A stretch of DNA of 64,000 nucleotides from Phyllobates terribilis (taxonomy: Eukaryota). Below, one piece after another: positions 47,831 through 59,897 of this stretch. The notes beneath the pieces are model-generated. The model made no database searches, was not told the origin of the DNA, and was given only the letters and a program-made list of their open reading frames with translations. The stretch covers positions 165,044,001 through 165,108,000 of the forward strand of contig NW_027362767.1 in NCBI RefSeq assembly GCF_046119375.1. The letters are read 5' to 3'. The stretch's first letter is position 1. The number at the start of each line of letters is the position of its first letter. The position numbers were made by a program, and so were the translations under genes.

Positions 47831-50800
47831 GTTGCCTGTAGCAGTAGGGTTCACAGACTGGCAGGCTTGCACTTACTTTCAGTCAACTACCTGTGTTACT
47901 ATCCTTAAATTTCTCTAGAAATAGTAGTCCACAATACTGATATTTGTGCCACCTGAGAAGGGCTGAGCAGAAAAGCAGCTTTAGCTGTTGGATGTGATAT
48001 CAGGGCTCCCAGCACAGCAGGCCTACACTGATCCCTCACCCACCTCGCCTTAATTTGAATTAAAATTAAAAGCTGGAAATGCTGACCCAGACCCTGATAC
48101 CTCCTGCATGGCTCATTGCTGATTGATTCTGTGCCGTTATAAAATTTGTACAGTGGGTCAATTGATGCCACTTTTCCTGGTGTCTCTCCCTAATTTTTGG
48201 GCAGCTTTTGGGCCTCTTTGAAGATGTTGTCTATGCGTTTGGTTTTGCCTCCCATTGAATCAAATGGGATTTTGATACTTTCGATGTACTGTTCGACGAA
48301 CATCGGGAAATTCATCAAGCACAACCGAATCAAACCTTGAAAGGTTCACTCATCTCTAGTCACAACATGGTCTACTTAGAACCCAAACCTGTTCAGAATG
48401 TAGATGGATGAAGAAGACATTGATCCAGATTCAGCAAGAATTTTCATACCGGTCTTGACGAGGGGACATCATGGAGTCAGAAGCACCTCATTAATTAAGA
48501 ATCATTCTTAATGAATCAGGCGCATTTGAAAAGTGAAAAACTAAAGAGATGAACTTGAATGTAAGTTGGTGTGCATGAAGTGTGTAGGCGCTTGTTCATA
48601 TTGGCCACTAAACAAACAAAACCTAAGATAAAAACAAAATAAGCAAATACCCTGCAGAAAATCAATTAATAACAGTAGCGCATGAAAATAATATAGGATG
48701 CTTAGTTAACATAATTTTGATCTAAAAAACGAAAAAGTTACCCCACCACGTCAAGGTGGCCCTATACGGGAAGGTCTAACCTCTAATATTAAAACCTTAC
48801 CATATCGTTTTAATATTAGAGGTTACTAATATTTTAATGCATTTTTTTTCTTTGAAAGTTAGTATTACATAGTATTTAAAAAATAGGGAACTGCTATATT
48901 TTTCCGGACTTAAGGATTTACACTTAGCTGTGGATAGAAAAATATACAAAACTTTTCATTTTTCTAAGATTTCATGTATACAGTATCAAATTTCATAGAA
49001 ATATGTTATGATACATAAAATAGAAATGAAATATTAATTTACAAATGAGATCAGCTGAGAATAGATAATGTTTGTTCACAAAAATCTCCAAATCGATTTC
49101 AGAAATGAGTTGGGAAATTTAAAAATTGCAAAGGGGATTAATAAGCAAGTGGTGTAAAATATATAAGGAGGTCACCTCACCATTCATATTTTGTAAGAAA
49201 GACAAGATGTTGCCCCACAGATTGCTCTGCATTACTTCAAAATTGGCTGTAAGTAGAACTGAACTAAAGATTATTTTTATCATTATGTATTTTAATTCTA
49301 TATTTACATATGTTTTTCTTTTGTATTTTTTATATTTTTATTATCCACATGACATTTATTTTTCATAAAAATAAGTTCAATAAAGAAAAATAATCTATAT
49401 ATTATAGTTGGCAAAGATCATAGATAACTCAATCCAAGTTGTTCATTGCCATAGTCAAAGCATCAAAATGATTAGACAAAGGAATTAGACTCTGCAATAT
49501 ACCAGTGATCAAGGGATCAAAAAATGAAAAAAAAAAAAAATGTTTAGAATTATAAAAAAATCAAAAGTAACACAAAACACATTTTTTTCCAATTACAAAA
49601 CAATTATTGTATATAAACCTAAAAGATAAAAAAAGTGCACAGGATTGGTATCGAAGACTAGAACAACCCATAGTATAATAATATAATTTTATAATCACTA
49701 GCCAAAATGTAAAAAAGTTTAGAAGGATTAAGAACATTTTTAATTGCTTGATAACATCAGTATTCCAAATTTTATTTGGAAATCTTTGTAGCTCTGGAGC
49801 AGTGATATTTCTTGCACATATTCTTTTTGGCTACACGGTTCTCATAATAGAAGAAGCCTCCATTGCACTGTCCAGGGTTGTGACTCAGCCACTTGTTCCC
49901 ACTTTGGATGTCGACCCAGATGATCCTTTCTTTCCCAGCTTTAGTTTTATTTGCATCCTTAGGTTGTTGATACAGCTGAATGAGAACGTGCCCTTGTTGC
50001 TCCGGTTCCCTGAGATCCTTACTTTGTCACGTGGCAACTCCTGACAAGACTCAGTTGGCCCAATGATGGCATCACACAGGAGCCTAAAGAGGCCAGGCTA
50101 GGTGGATAGTCTTAAATGACAACAGAGAAACGGATAAGTGAGTATGACTTTTTTGAAAAAAAATAAGAATTACACCCAGTATGATTTTGGTATAATTATA
50201 CTATATGGCGCACTGTTTTGGAGAGGAGATACATAACACTTCATATGGTGCTATGTTTGAGGAACAGTACTTGTGGCACTGATTTTTGAGGACAATATGT
50301 GGCAAAACTCACAATCGGGGGCTACTAGATTTGGAAGGCACAGTGTGTGACCCTTTCATATCACAGGGCACAATATGTAACTATTATGGTATATTCAGTA
50401 GAAATAGGGGTTTATCCAAAGTATTTTCACCAGAGAGGGTTCAAAGTATTTTCAATTACATAAAACACTTGGAAAAGTCATGTCATAAAGAGTGGCACAA
50501 CATTTTTAAAAATTTAGTATTTTCACACAAGTTACAAGCAGCTGTGCCAAAACAGGTAAAGCTGGGGTAGGACAGAGTGTGACTAAGCCCACCCATCAAA
50601 TTTATCAATAGTGCCGGCATTTATTACACCAGAAATGTGACTCCAGTCTTTGGTGAGATGTTTTCAGGTGAGGTGCACAAATGTGCATGACACTAATAAG
50701 ATGAGCCAAATTCATTAAATGGCGCGAGTCTCTTATTGAATTTTGCGAGTTTTATTCCTGCACAGTCCTCATTAAGACTGGTATACGAAATGTCAGTCTT

Positions 50801-52199
50801 AGTGAATCAGTGCCATAGTGCTGTGCTGCAATATTATTTAAAGGCCCAGTGTGTGGAGCTATTATTTTTAAGGGGGGCACTCATATGATGCTGATACATT
50901 CAGGGGTACAATGTGTTTAGCAGTATTATGTTTCAAGAGCACAGTGTCTGTAGCACCATTATATTGATAGGCGCAATGCATAGTGTTTTTATATTAAGGG
51001 TGTGCAATGTATTTTACTATTATATTCAGGGGATGTACTCTGTAGAGATACTATTTTCAGGGTGCACAACACGTGCCATTATTATATTCAGAAATAATTG
51101 TATATAGCAGTGAACAACATGTGCCAGTATATTCAGGGCACACAGTATGTAGCATAATTATTTTTCGGGAACACAATGTGCACCAATATTATATTTAGTG
51201 GGAATAGTGAGTGGAACTACAAGTATTTGTATTAGGCTTGAGTATAAGAAAAGTCAAAGATATCAGAATTATACACTACAGAGAATTGTGAGAGCAGGAG
51301 AAGTCATCATGATGGTCTGGATTGGATGGAAAATAAAAGGAAGAAGAATCACTCCAATTAGAGAAGTCAGCTCTAAATCACTGGGTGTGAATGTGTATTA
51401 TCCTTGATATCCATCAGTGTTGGATTAATTGTATGGTCTACAATGAAGATGTCTACTACTAACCTACTGTAGATTTTGAAAGATTACTAATTTTATATTT
51501 AGGACCCAATAAACAATTAATCATGTTGGAAATCGATCTTTAAAGAACTATGGACTGTTGACAGGGCTAGCAGAATGAGTTGCAAAACCATTATTATTTT
51601 TTCATTATTCGATAACCGCTATAGATCTATGATGACCGCAGATGACTTCTGAGTGGTAATGAGTGAATTGATTCAATAGAAATAGAATTCATGCTGAATT
51701 TTTAGGAATTAACTAAATCTTGCAAATTCAAACAATATGAGATTAGCTTCACATGAATGGCTTAAAATAGCCACCATCATTTTACACATTGCAGAAGATT
51801 GCATGAGCCATAGAAGAATCTCAAGTAGAACCAGCAAATGCTATTTTGTGTTGAATCTGGATACGTCACAGCATAGAGTGTGTGAAGAAAGGAGAATTAT
51901 ATAGATTTAATTGATAGCTCTATTTCTAATGGATAGATTGCAGTAGGCACTTAACATTTGTTCAAAAGAAAAAATCTTTAGGATCTGTAGAGATCTATTC
52001 TGCTGACATAATTTCTTTATACTCACCTTAGATCAGTTTTCTCTGTCCAGAGTAATTCTACTGTAGGTAGTTCATCAAGGCATCTAACATTGGGTAAATC
52101 CTGTGATCTTTAGTTTGCAGGGTTTTGGTGACTATGCTTTACAAGACCAAATGTTACAGTATATATTTGTAAGCAGTGTGGAAACTATTTCATGGTTAA

Positions 52200-52221
52200 T
52201 TATTTTCTCATTGTATAGCAG
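52200..52221 (+). promoter_or_regulatory. Candidate 3' splice acceptor (TAG/CAG tandem) of the OR 5'-UTR intron
   Basis: TTATTTTCTCATTGTATAG|CAG|GAATC lies 17-20 nt upstream of the ATG. 5'-UTR introns are typical of vertebrate ORs. Confidence 0.5.
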
Positions 52222-52237
52222 GAATCACTCAAATGTT

Positions 52238-53185
52238 ATGGAACAACTGAACGAAACCACATCTCAAAGGTTCATCTTACTTGGATTGTCTACTGACCCT
52301 CAACTGCAAATTATCTTCTTCATTGTCTTTTTGATAATGTATTTAATGACAATATCAGGAAACCTTCTACTGATCATTGTGGTGAGGACCAATCCAACTC
52401 TACAGAGTCCCATGTTCTTCTTTCTAACTAACCTTTCTTTCATTGACATCTGCTTCTCCACCTCCATTGTTCCTGTACTCTTAATGAACACCTTAGCCAA
52501 AGACAAAAGTATTTCTTTATTTGGTTGTGCAGCACAGATGTACGTCTCCTTAGGTTTGGGTGCTACAGAAAGTATAATACTTGCCTCCATGGCCTATGAC
52601 AGATTTGCCGCAATTTGTAGACCATTGCATTATACTACCATAATCAGCAGGACATTGTGTTTTTACTTAGCTGCATTGTCATGGAGTGTCGGATTCATTA
52701 ACTCTTTTGTACAGATTTACCTAACGTTCCAACTTCCATTCTGCAAATATGTTGAAACCAACCATTACTTTTGTGAGGTACCGGCCTTTATACAAATGTC
52801 TTGTGGAGACACCTTTTTCAATGAGTTATCTATATATATCACAGGAGGAATTATTGCCGGGAGTTCCTTCTTCCTGATTCTGATCTCATATTTCCATATC
52901 ATCTCCAAGATTCTGAAAATTATTTCATCACATGGGAGGCAGAAATCCTTCTCCACCTGTGCCTCTCACCTCACTGTTGTCACCCTCTACTTTGGCACTG
53001 TCATGTCCATGTATCTAAGACCACACTCAAAAAAATATAGTCAATATTCTATTGAAACAGACAAAGTAGTGCCCATTCTATATACGACAGTAACGCCAAT
53101 GTTGAACCCTTTAATATATAGCATAAGGAACAACGATGTGAAAAACGCAGTAGTCAATCAATTGAAAAAAAGGCAATTTTACTAA
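52238..53185 (+). CDS. Olfactory receptor, class II (gamma) type, intact, 315 aa
   Basis: N-glycosylation site (NET), LQSPMFFFLTNLSFIDIC, MAYDRFAAICRPLHY, HYFCEVP, KSFSTCASHL and PMLNPLIYSIRN motifs. ATG 52238 is preferred over the ORF-track start at 52103, by length and because a splice acceptor lies just upstream. Confidence 0.95.
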   Translation: MEQLNETTSQRFILLGLSTDPQLQIIFFIVFLIMYLMTISGNLLLIIVVRTNPTLQSPMFFFLTNLSFIDICFSTSIVPVLLMNTLAKDKSISLFGCAAQMYVSLGLGATESIILASMAYDRFAAICRPLHYTTIISRTLCFYLAALSWSVGFINSFVQIYLTFQLPFCKYVETNHYFCEVPAFIQMSCGDTFFNELSIYITGGIIAGSSFFLILISYFHIISKILKIISSHGRQKSFSTCASHLTVVTLYFGTVMSMYLRPHSKKYSQYSIETDKVVPILYTTVTPMLNPLIYSIRNNDVKNAVVNQLKKRQFY

Positions 53186-56100
53186 TGTGGCCATATTTTA
53201 GATAAAGTACATTATTATATTTTATTGATAACTTGATTGCATGAATTTGTAAATATACTTAGAAAGTGTCCAACATTTTCAGACGTGGGTCTCCAGTAAA
53301 AGTGATAACTTATTGAACGGTGAGGAGCCAAACATTGTGACCTACACCAGTAAGCAGAATGGCGCCATCGTATCCCTTTATAATGGAATGGCAATACCCA
53401 AGCTTGGCTGCTGCTCCATTCTCTATGGGACAGCTGAGAGCTGTGCTTGGCTTTTTCCAGTATATTCATAGAGAATGAAGGGAGTGGGGGTCAGGCATCT
53501 GAGCCACTTCATTCTAAGAGGAAAAATGTGCCTTTTCAGGATAAAAAAAAATCCCCCATGCTGCCGACTGCTGAGTGTCCCAACGGTTGGATTTCTAGAA
53601 ACCAGTAAATTATCACCTATCCATGAATAGTTGATAACATGTTTTCCCTGGACAACCCCATCATAATTTTGGCCATCAACTTCACTCCACATATTAAATC
53701 CCTATTAAGTGTAATCCATTATAAAACGTGGCATGGCACCCCATTCTAGCAGACAGGCATTTTAGGGTACGTTTTAAGGTGGGATCGTAATGACTGCTGG
53801 GCAGCTTAATAGCTGCTATGCCTGAAATCCTGGTAATCACAATCATGGCTTTATTAAATTGAATCCTCTCTCATTAGAGGACTGTAGAAACAGATAATAT
53901 ATGCGTAAATTTTTTTACTTAGTTCAGTTGCACAGTTCCAAATTTTATAATTAGGGAAGGAAAATTGAGCTGCAAATAAAGATGGTCAAAAAATTTAGAC
54001 CAGGTCAGTGATTTTTTGATGAACGTAGTTCTTTGCTTTCGAAAACCAAAGTCAGTATTTTTCCCTTAATGGTATAAATTTTAGATTTCAACTTCTATAA
54101 GAACGATAAAGATCCATAATCCATATCACTATTTTAAGAGCCATCTTTCCGACCGAATGTGAATATTTTCCATAAAATTAATTGAGTATAAACTATGGAT
54201 CCATATTTAGGGAATTCAACATTTTCATTCAATATGGATCAATATTTTTAAGTTAGACATTGATAGGATCTAATGTTAAAATTCTATTTTAAATTCTCAA
54301 CATAGAAGTCAACGGCATTGCGTGGATCCTAATTTTTAAATTCCATTGGGAAGAAGATATTTATTTTTCAAATACTATAAAAAAAAAAGGATTGCCCCCC
54401 TATTAAATGGAATAAAAGAAGATTCGAACAGAATGACAAACAGACATGTTCTTTATACGTATGTTTTCTCGTCTTCCGTCATCAGTTTCTTTCTTCTTCT
54501 TACCCCTCTCGCCTACATTATACAGAACCTTCTTATCATTGTCTGCAATATAATTCTGCTCCAACACCAGATGAAAATTCTTCCACAATCTTCTCTCGAT
54601 AGCGACATTACTAAAAGATTTAGTAAAAAAGCTACTAAAAGCTGGCAAAACCCCAGTATGGATAAGGATATGTTGGCGTTCTTTCTTTTTTAAGGGAGCC
54701 TGAAGAGTAAGTAGTAGGTGGTCCTCACATGCCAGTGAATGCTGAAATCCAGCTGACCTTGTTAAGGCATTGGGGGATTGATTGAGACCATCAGCAGCAC
54801 AAAGTTCTCATCCTTGTATTTTGATTGGCTGAACATAAGACTGTAATTGGCTCCTTCAACCAGTCAACGAAGAACTGAGACTTGGTCCTGATCTTTCATA
54901 TGTCATCCTTCATGCTCCATTAACCAGGGGAAAGGTGGCTTTGGAGTGCAAGTCATATATGAGCACTGCTGCTCCATTCTTACAGGCATACAAGTTCCCC
55001 ATTCTGCCAATTGGAGCTTTTTAGACCACTTTGATCAGCAATTTATCACCTATAGATAAGTGATGACCAGAAAAGCCCTTTAACTTGATAAACCACCTGG
55101 GCTTAGTTCCATGGATGTCACTTATCCCTTTCCTTTGTGCTGCACTCATTTTCTAGATTGTGACTATGTTGTACTCTTTGTATTTTTTATTGAAAAATTA
55201 ATAAAAGCAAAAAAAACCTGATTATTAAGCCTAACTGCTCTTTCACAAAACCTTGGACATGACATAGCGATGCCTCAGACGTTTTAGTTGGGCGGAATAT
55301 GAATGCTATATTTCAAAGACAATAGTCCCTGTAGATGAAGGTATTATCACCAATATGTTTAAAATATACTTTTTAATAAAATTTTCAACATTTAAAACCA
55401 AGTAAAAAATCAAGCGTTTGAGTTTCTCAGATATGTAGCAAGCAGGCACATCAGAATCATATTTCAATGCTTCCAAAGTTTCTATAGATCACTGCATATT
55501 CAATAAGCTTATGACATAGATGTATAAATCGATTTATATAAAGTGCAAAGTGACCGGTGTTTCTTCAAAAAGTCACCCGATATTCAATATATGAAAAACC
55601 TCTCAGGTTTATGATGCAAAGATAAGTAGACAAATGTCATACAAGAATGAATATATTTCCAGGAGATTTTAAGTAATCAAGGTGCTATATTGAAATTTAT
55701 AGCGGTGTTGATCTTTATGTGTCTGGGCTTTATCATAAGGGGCCCTGTTCATAAAGCTAAGGCGAAACGTCGTCGTCCGGGGTGGTAGCCCAGACACAGA
55801 TCAACACGGCTATAAATGTAAGTGACATTGCTCTGGATCATTACTGTGTGTTTTTCTATACATACTTTTCAGGGATTAATATGACTCATGCCTTATGTTC
55901 CTAAGGGAGAAATTCTTTGTGCTGTCCCATTAGCACTTGCATCTTATACTTCATTTCACATTTCATTATAGCACTTTGATTGTACTTCATGTTACTGGTA
56001 AATTTTGGTCGATATAATCTGCGTTTATTTATGAACATATTAAAAATGTGACAAAAAATTAGAAAATTTAGCAATTTTCAAACTTTGAAATTTTACATTG

Positions 56101-56219
56101 CTAAACCCGGGGTGGGAACCTCCGTTTCACAATGACCTATTCTGCGGTCCCTGGGCAGATTCCCAGGGACCGCAGTGCTCGGGCCTGCAGCTGCATTTTG
56201 GCAATTGACGGCACTTTAA

Positions 56220-57053
56220 GGCTGCGTGCACGCGATACGTTTTTCATGCGTTTATGCTGCGGAATTTCCGCAGCGGAAACGCATCAAAAATGCATGGTAA
56301 TCCGCACCCCATGGTCCCCAATGGCATTCCGCAATGTCAATGCACATGCTGCGGATTTTTCCACAGCGTTTCTGCAGCGCTCATAAATCCGCAGCATGTT
56401 CATTAATTTTGCGGAAGCGCCGCCATTGACTTGCATTGAGACGCACATAATCCGTGTCTGTACATTTGTACAAGCGGATTATATGCATTTCAATGTGCGG
56501 ATGGTACCCAGTTCTGGAGGAGAGAAGACTCTCATCCAGACCTGGGTACTATTGTACCTGTGAAAAAAAGAATGAAATAAAAAATAAAGTTTATATTCAC
56601 CTGTCCGGCGGCCCCTGCAGCTCTTCTCCTTCCAGGACCTGAGATGACGTCGCGGTCATGTGACCGCAGGCTGTCTCGCGAGATGCCGGCAAGCCAGGAA
56701 GGAACCAGGAAGGAGCGCGACAGCAGACGCGGCGGCATCGGGGGTGAGTATAGCTTTATTTTTTTATTTTTACGGTCACACTGTATAAATCTTTGCCGTT
56801 TGCATGGATTTATACACTGTGACCTAGTTGTCAAGCACTTTCCAAGTGATGCTATCGCCTGGAAAGTGCTTGTCAGTCCGCATGCGGAAACACATGCGTT
56901 AACGCATGTGGATACGCATGTGAATCAGCATGTATTCCGCATGTATTCTGCAGGAAAAACGCATGCACAATCTGCATGCGTTTTTTCTGCCAGGGAGATG
57001 CAGAAATGCTGCAGAAATTTTCTGCTTCATTTCTGCATCGTGGGCACATAGCC
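56220..57053. mobile_element. PIF/Harbinger (Tourist-like) MITE
   Basis: TAA|GGCTGCGTGCACGCGATAC ... GCATCGTGGGCACATAGCC|TAA, an imperfect ~20-bp TIR with a 3-bp TAA TSD. Confidence 0.7.
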
Positions 57054-57550
57054 TAAACCCCCACTTTCACTGTGAGCATGCACACACATTGTTCAGTACT
57101 GAATACTGCATGCACATGCATTGCAGGATTACATCCTCAGGCTTGACAGTGCCAGTGTGAGGACATAATTTATGAGCGGAGTTAGTGTGCAATGCAATCC
57201 TGTCCCACAGATGAAGAGAGCAGCTGCATCCCCACCATCCCCAGTGATATCTATGCCCCCAGCCCTCCCCAGTGATGTCTATGCCCCACTGATGTCTATT
57301 CCCCCCAGCCCTCCCCAGGGATGTCTGTTCCCTCAAGCTCCCCCAGGGATATATATGCCCTCTGCCCTCCAAGTGATGTATATGCCACCAAGCCCTCCCC
57401 AGTACTATCTATACCCCCAGCCATCCCCAGTGATGTCTATGACCCTCAGCCCTTTGTAGAGATGTCTATGCCCCCCAGCCCACCCCAGTGATGTATTTGC
57501 CTTCTAGTCCTCCCCAGTCATGTCTATGCCCCCCATCCATCTTTAGTGAT

Positions 57551-58525
57551 TGTGAAGACCCGGGGTCTTCCATGGGCGCAATACCACTCAGACAACACAG
57601 GGTGAGGGTAAAAGAGTGTGGCAATACTTTATTGAACCACAAAGCAGACAATAAACAGATAGAACAGTCCCAGCATATACCCAAGATGGAAAAACTTTAC
57701 ACAGTCTCACCCTTACGCTCTGCTCGCGTGGGATAGAACAGCTGCGACTTTGGGACTTCCAGGGCCAACTACCTCAACCAGTGGCCCCCTGCTTTTGGCG
57801 GTCCCCCACAGAAAGATGGTAGCGTGAAGCTTAGGAAGCTAGCAGTCCATCGAAGTACAAGGCCAGGAGACCAGAGGGTTCCACCCTGGCCGCTCCAAGA
57901 GTTTCCATGAGGCCAGATGGCCGGCTGGTCCCAATCTGGCTTCTTCGAATGTCTCCATGGATTCCAGGCGACTGGTGGGTCCCTCCTGGCAACCCCAAAC
58001 AACATATCAATGGGGCCAGGCAACTTCATGATCCCAACCTGGTCTCCCCAAATATATCCATGTCTCTCTGATGGTCAATGGAGCAGATCCGCATCTTTCC
58101 AGTCAGGCCTATATACCCTTAGGCTAGAATCATGTAGAATCCAAATTTGTGTCTCTTTAGGTAAAGCCATGCTTCCAAGCTGATGGTGTGACAGGGTCTA
58201 AACCTTGACTCTCCTTGTAAAGTTTCTTTCTAATTTCTGCTTCAAGTCTCCCCTGCTACAGAAGCACATGTCCCTTTTAAGTACACATCCACAGGTTGGG
58301 GGGAAAGGGCAGCCTCATGTCTCATTGTTTAATGAATTTGCTTAGTTTGTCCTCGTGTCTTGTGAGTCAATAAGCCAGAGGGTCCACAAAGGTTAATCAA
58401 CATAATTAGCAAACATTCATTGTTCCACAGACCAATAGAAGTCAACACAAAGATAATAGTGTATTTCACTTGGATTAACAAATATAAACATCTAGCTGAT
58501 AAATATTTTAAGCTGTACGGTCACA
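57551..58525 (-). mobile_element. Solo LTR (975 bp)
   Basis: TGTGA...TCACA termini. Flanks GTGAT/CTGAT (4/5 TSD match). AATAAA on the minus strand at ~57626-57632. Confidence 0.65.
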
Positions 58526-59461
58526 CTGATGAATATGCCCCTGAGCCCTCTCTAGTGATGTATATGCCTTTTAGCCCTCCCCAGTCGTGCCTATGCCCCT
58601 CATCCCTCCTCAATGATATATATTCCCCCCTAGCCTCCTCCAAGGTATTTCTATTCACCCCAGCCCTCCCAGTGATGTATATGCCACCCAGCCCTCTCCA
58701 GTAATATCTATGCCACTAGTCGTACCTAGTGATGTATATACCCCCCAGCCCTTTGTAGTGATGTATAGGCCCCCTATCCCTCCCCAGTGATATATATGTC
58801 CCCCAGCCCTCCCAGTGATGTTTATGCCTTCTAGTCTTCCCCAGTCGTCCCTCCCCAGTGATATATATACCCCCGAGCCCTCTCCAGTGAAGTATATGCC
58901 CCCCAGCCCCCCAAGTGATGTCTATGCTCCCCACCCTTCCCAGTAATTTATATGCCTCCCAGCCCTCCCTAGTGAAGTCTATGCTCCCCACCCTCCCCAG
59001 TAATTTATATGTCCCCCAGCCCTCCCAGTGATGTTTATGCCTTCTAGTCTTCCCCAGTCGTCCCTCCCTAGTGATGTATATGCCCCCCTGCCCTTTCCAG
59101 TGATGTATATAGTCCCAGTGATGTCTATGCCACTCAGTCCACCCCAATGATGTATATGCCCCCAGCCCTCCATAGTGATTTATATGCCTCTAGCCCTCAC
59201 GAGTGATGAATATGAAACCCAGCACACCCCTGTGATGTACATGCCCACCAACCCTGCTTAGTGATGTACTGAATATGCCCTCCAGCCCTCACCAGTGATG
59301 TTTATGCCCCAGCCCTCCCCAGCGATGTCTATTCTCCCGATGATGTCTATGCCCCCAGCCCTCCCAGTGATTTATATGCCTCACCATCCTCCCAAGTGAT
59401 GTCTATGCTTCCCTGCCCTCTCCAGAGATGTATATGCCTCCAAGCTCTATCCAGTGATTTA

Positions 59462-59897
59462 CAGTACAGACCAAAAGTTTGGACACACCTTCTCATTTAT
59501 AGATTTTTCTGTATTTTCATGACTATGAAAATTGTACATTCACACTGAAGGCATCAAAACTATGAATTAACACATATGGAATTATATACTTAACAAAAAA
59601 GTGTGAAACAACTGAAAATATGTCTTATATTCTAGGTTCTTCAAAGTAGCCACCTTTTGCTTTGATGACTGCTTTGCACACCCTTGGCATTCTCTTGATG
59701 AGCTTCAAGAGGTAGTCACTGGAAATGGTTTTTGCTTCACAGGTGTGCCCTGTCAGGTTTAATAAGTGGGATTACTTGCCTTAAAAATGGGGTTGGGGCC
59801 ATCAGTTGTGTTGTGCAGAAGTCAGGTGGATACACAGCTGATAGTTCTACTGAATAGACTGTTAGAATTTGTATTATGGCAAGAAAAAAGAAGCTAT
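59462..59897 (+). mobile_element. Tc1 5' fragment (TIR, 5' UTR and first codons)
   Basis: TA|CAGTACAGACCAAAAGTTTGGACACACC. Ends just after ATGGCAAGAAAAAAG. Confidence 0.75.

Larger units (their letters stand above)
12913..48358 (+). mobile_element. Old hAT copy B, the outer host of the nest: transposase pieces 12913-13209, 14814-17454 and 46765-47050; right TIR ends at 48358
   Basis: Decayed BED finger (AWAFF..CQLCKKRLSR..CMNRHM ~15000-15150), FTTDTWTS, CIAQILNL and LDPRY, with the C-terminus (EWPELA..SCPA..SE..DKR) resuming at 46765. TIR CTCATCTCTA is followed by GTCACAAC. Confidence 0.75.

Noticed and set aside
48778-48825. ~18-bp inverted repeat with an 11-nt loop (AACCTCTAATATTAAAAC...GTTTTAATATTAGAGGTT)
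   Set aside because: An isolated AT-rich hairpin with no supporting context; probably a collapsed MITE remnant.
49748-50044. 98-aa ORF as a possible exon or retroelement fragment
   Set aside because: No recognisable motif in any frame and no convincing splice context.
52103-52237. 45-aa N-terminal extension of the OR suggested by the ORF track
   Set aside because: It starts at GTG, would give an atypically long N-terminus, and contains a plausible splice acceptor, so it is probably intron or UTR.
53260-55085. Kolobok/T2-type MITE remnants and LINE/PLE-like fragments downstream of the OR
   Set aside because: Suggestive ends (CTGGACAACCCC, GCCCTTTAA) but too decayed to set boundaries or a family by eye.
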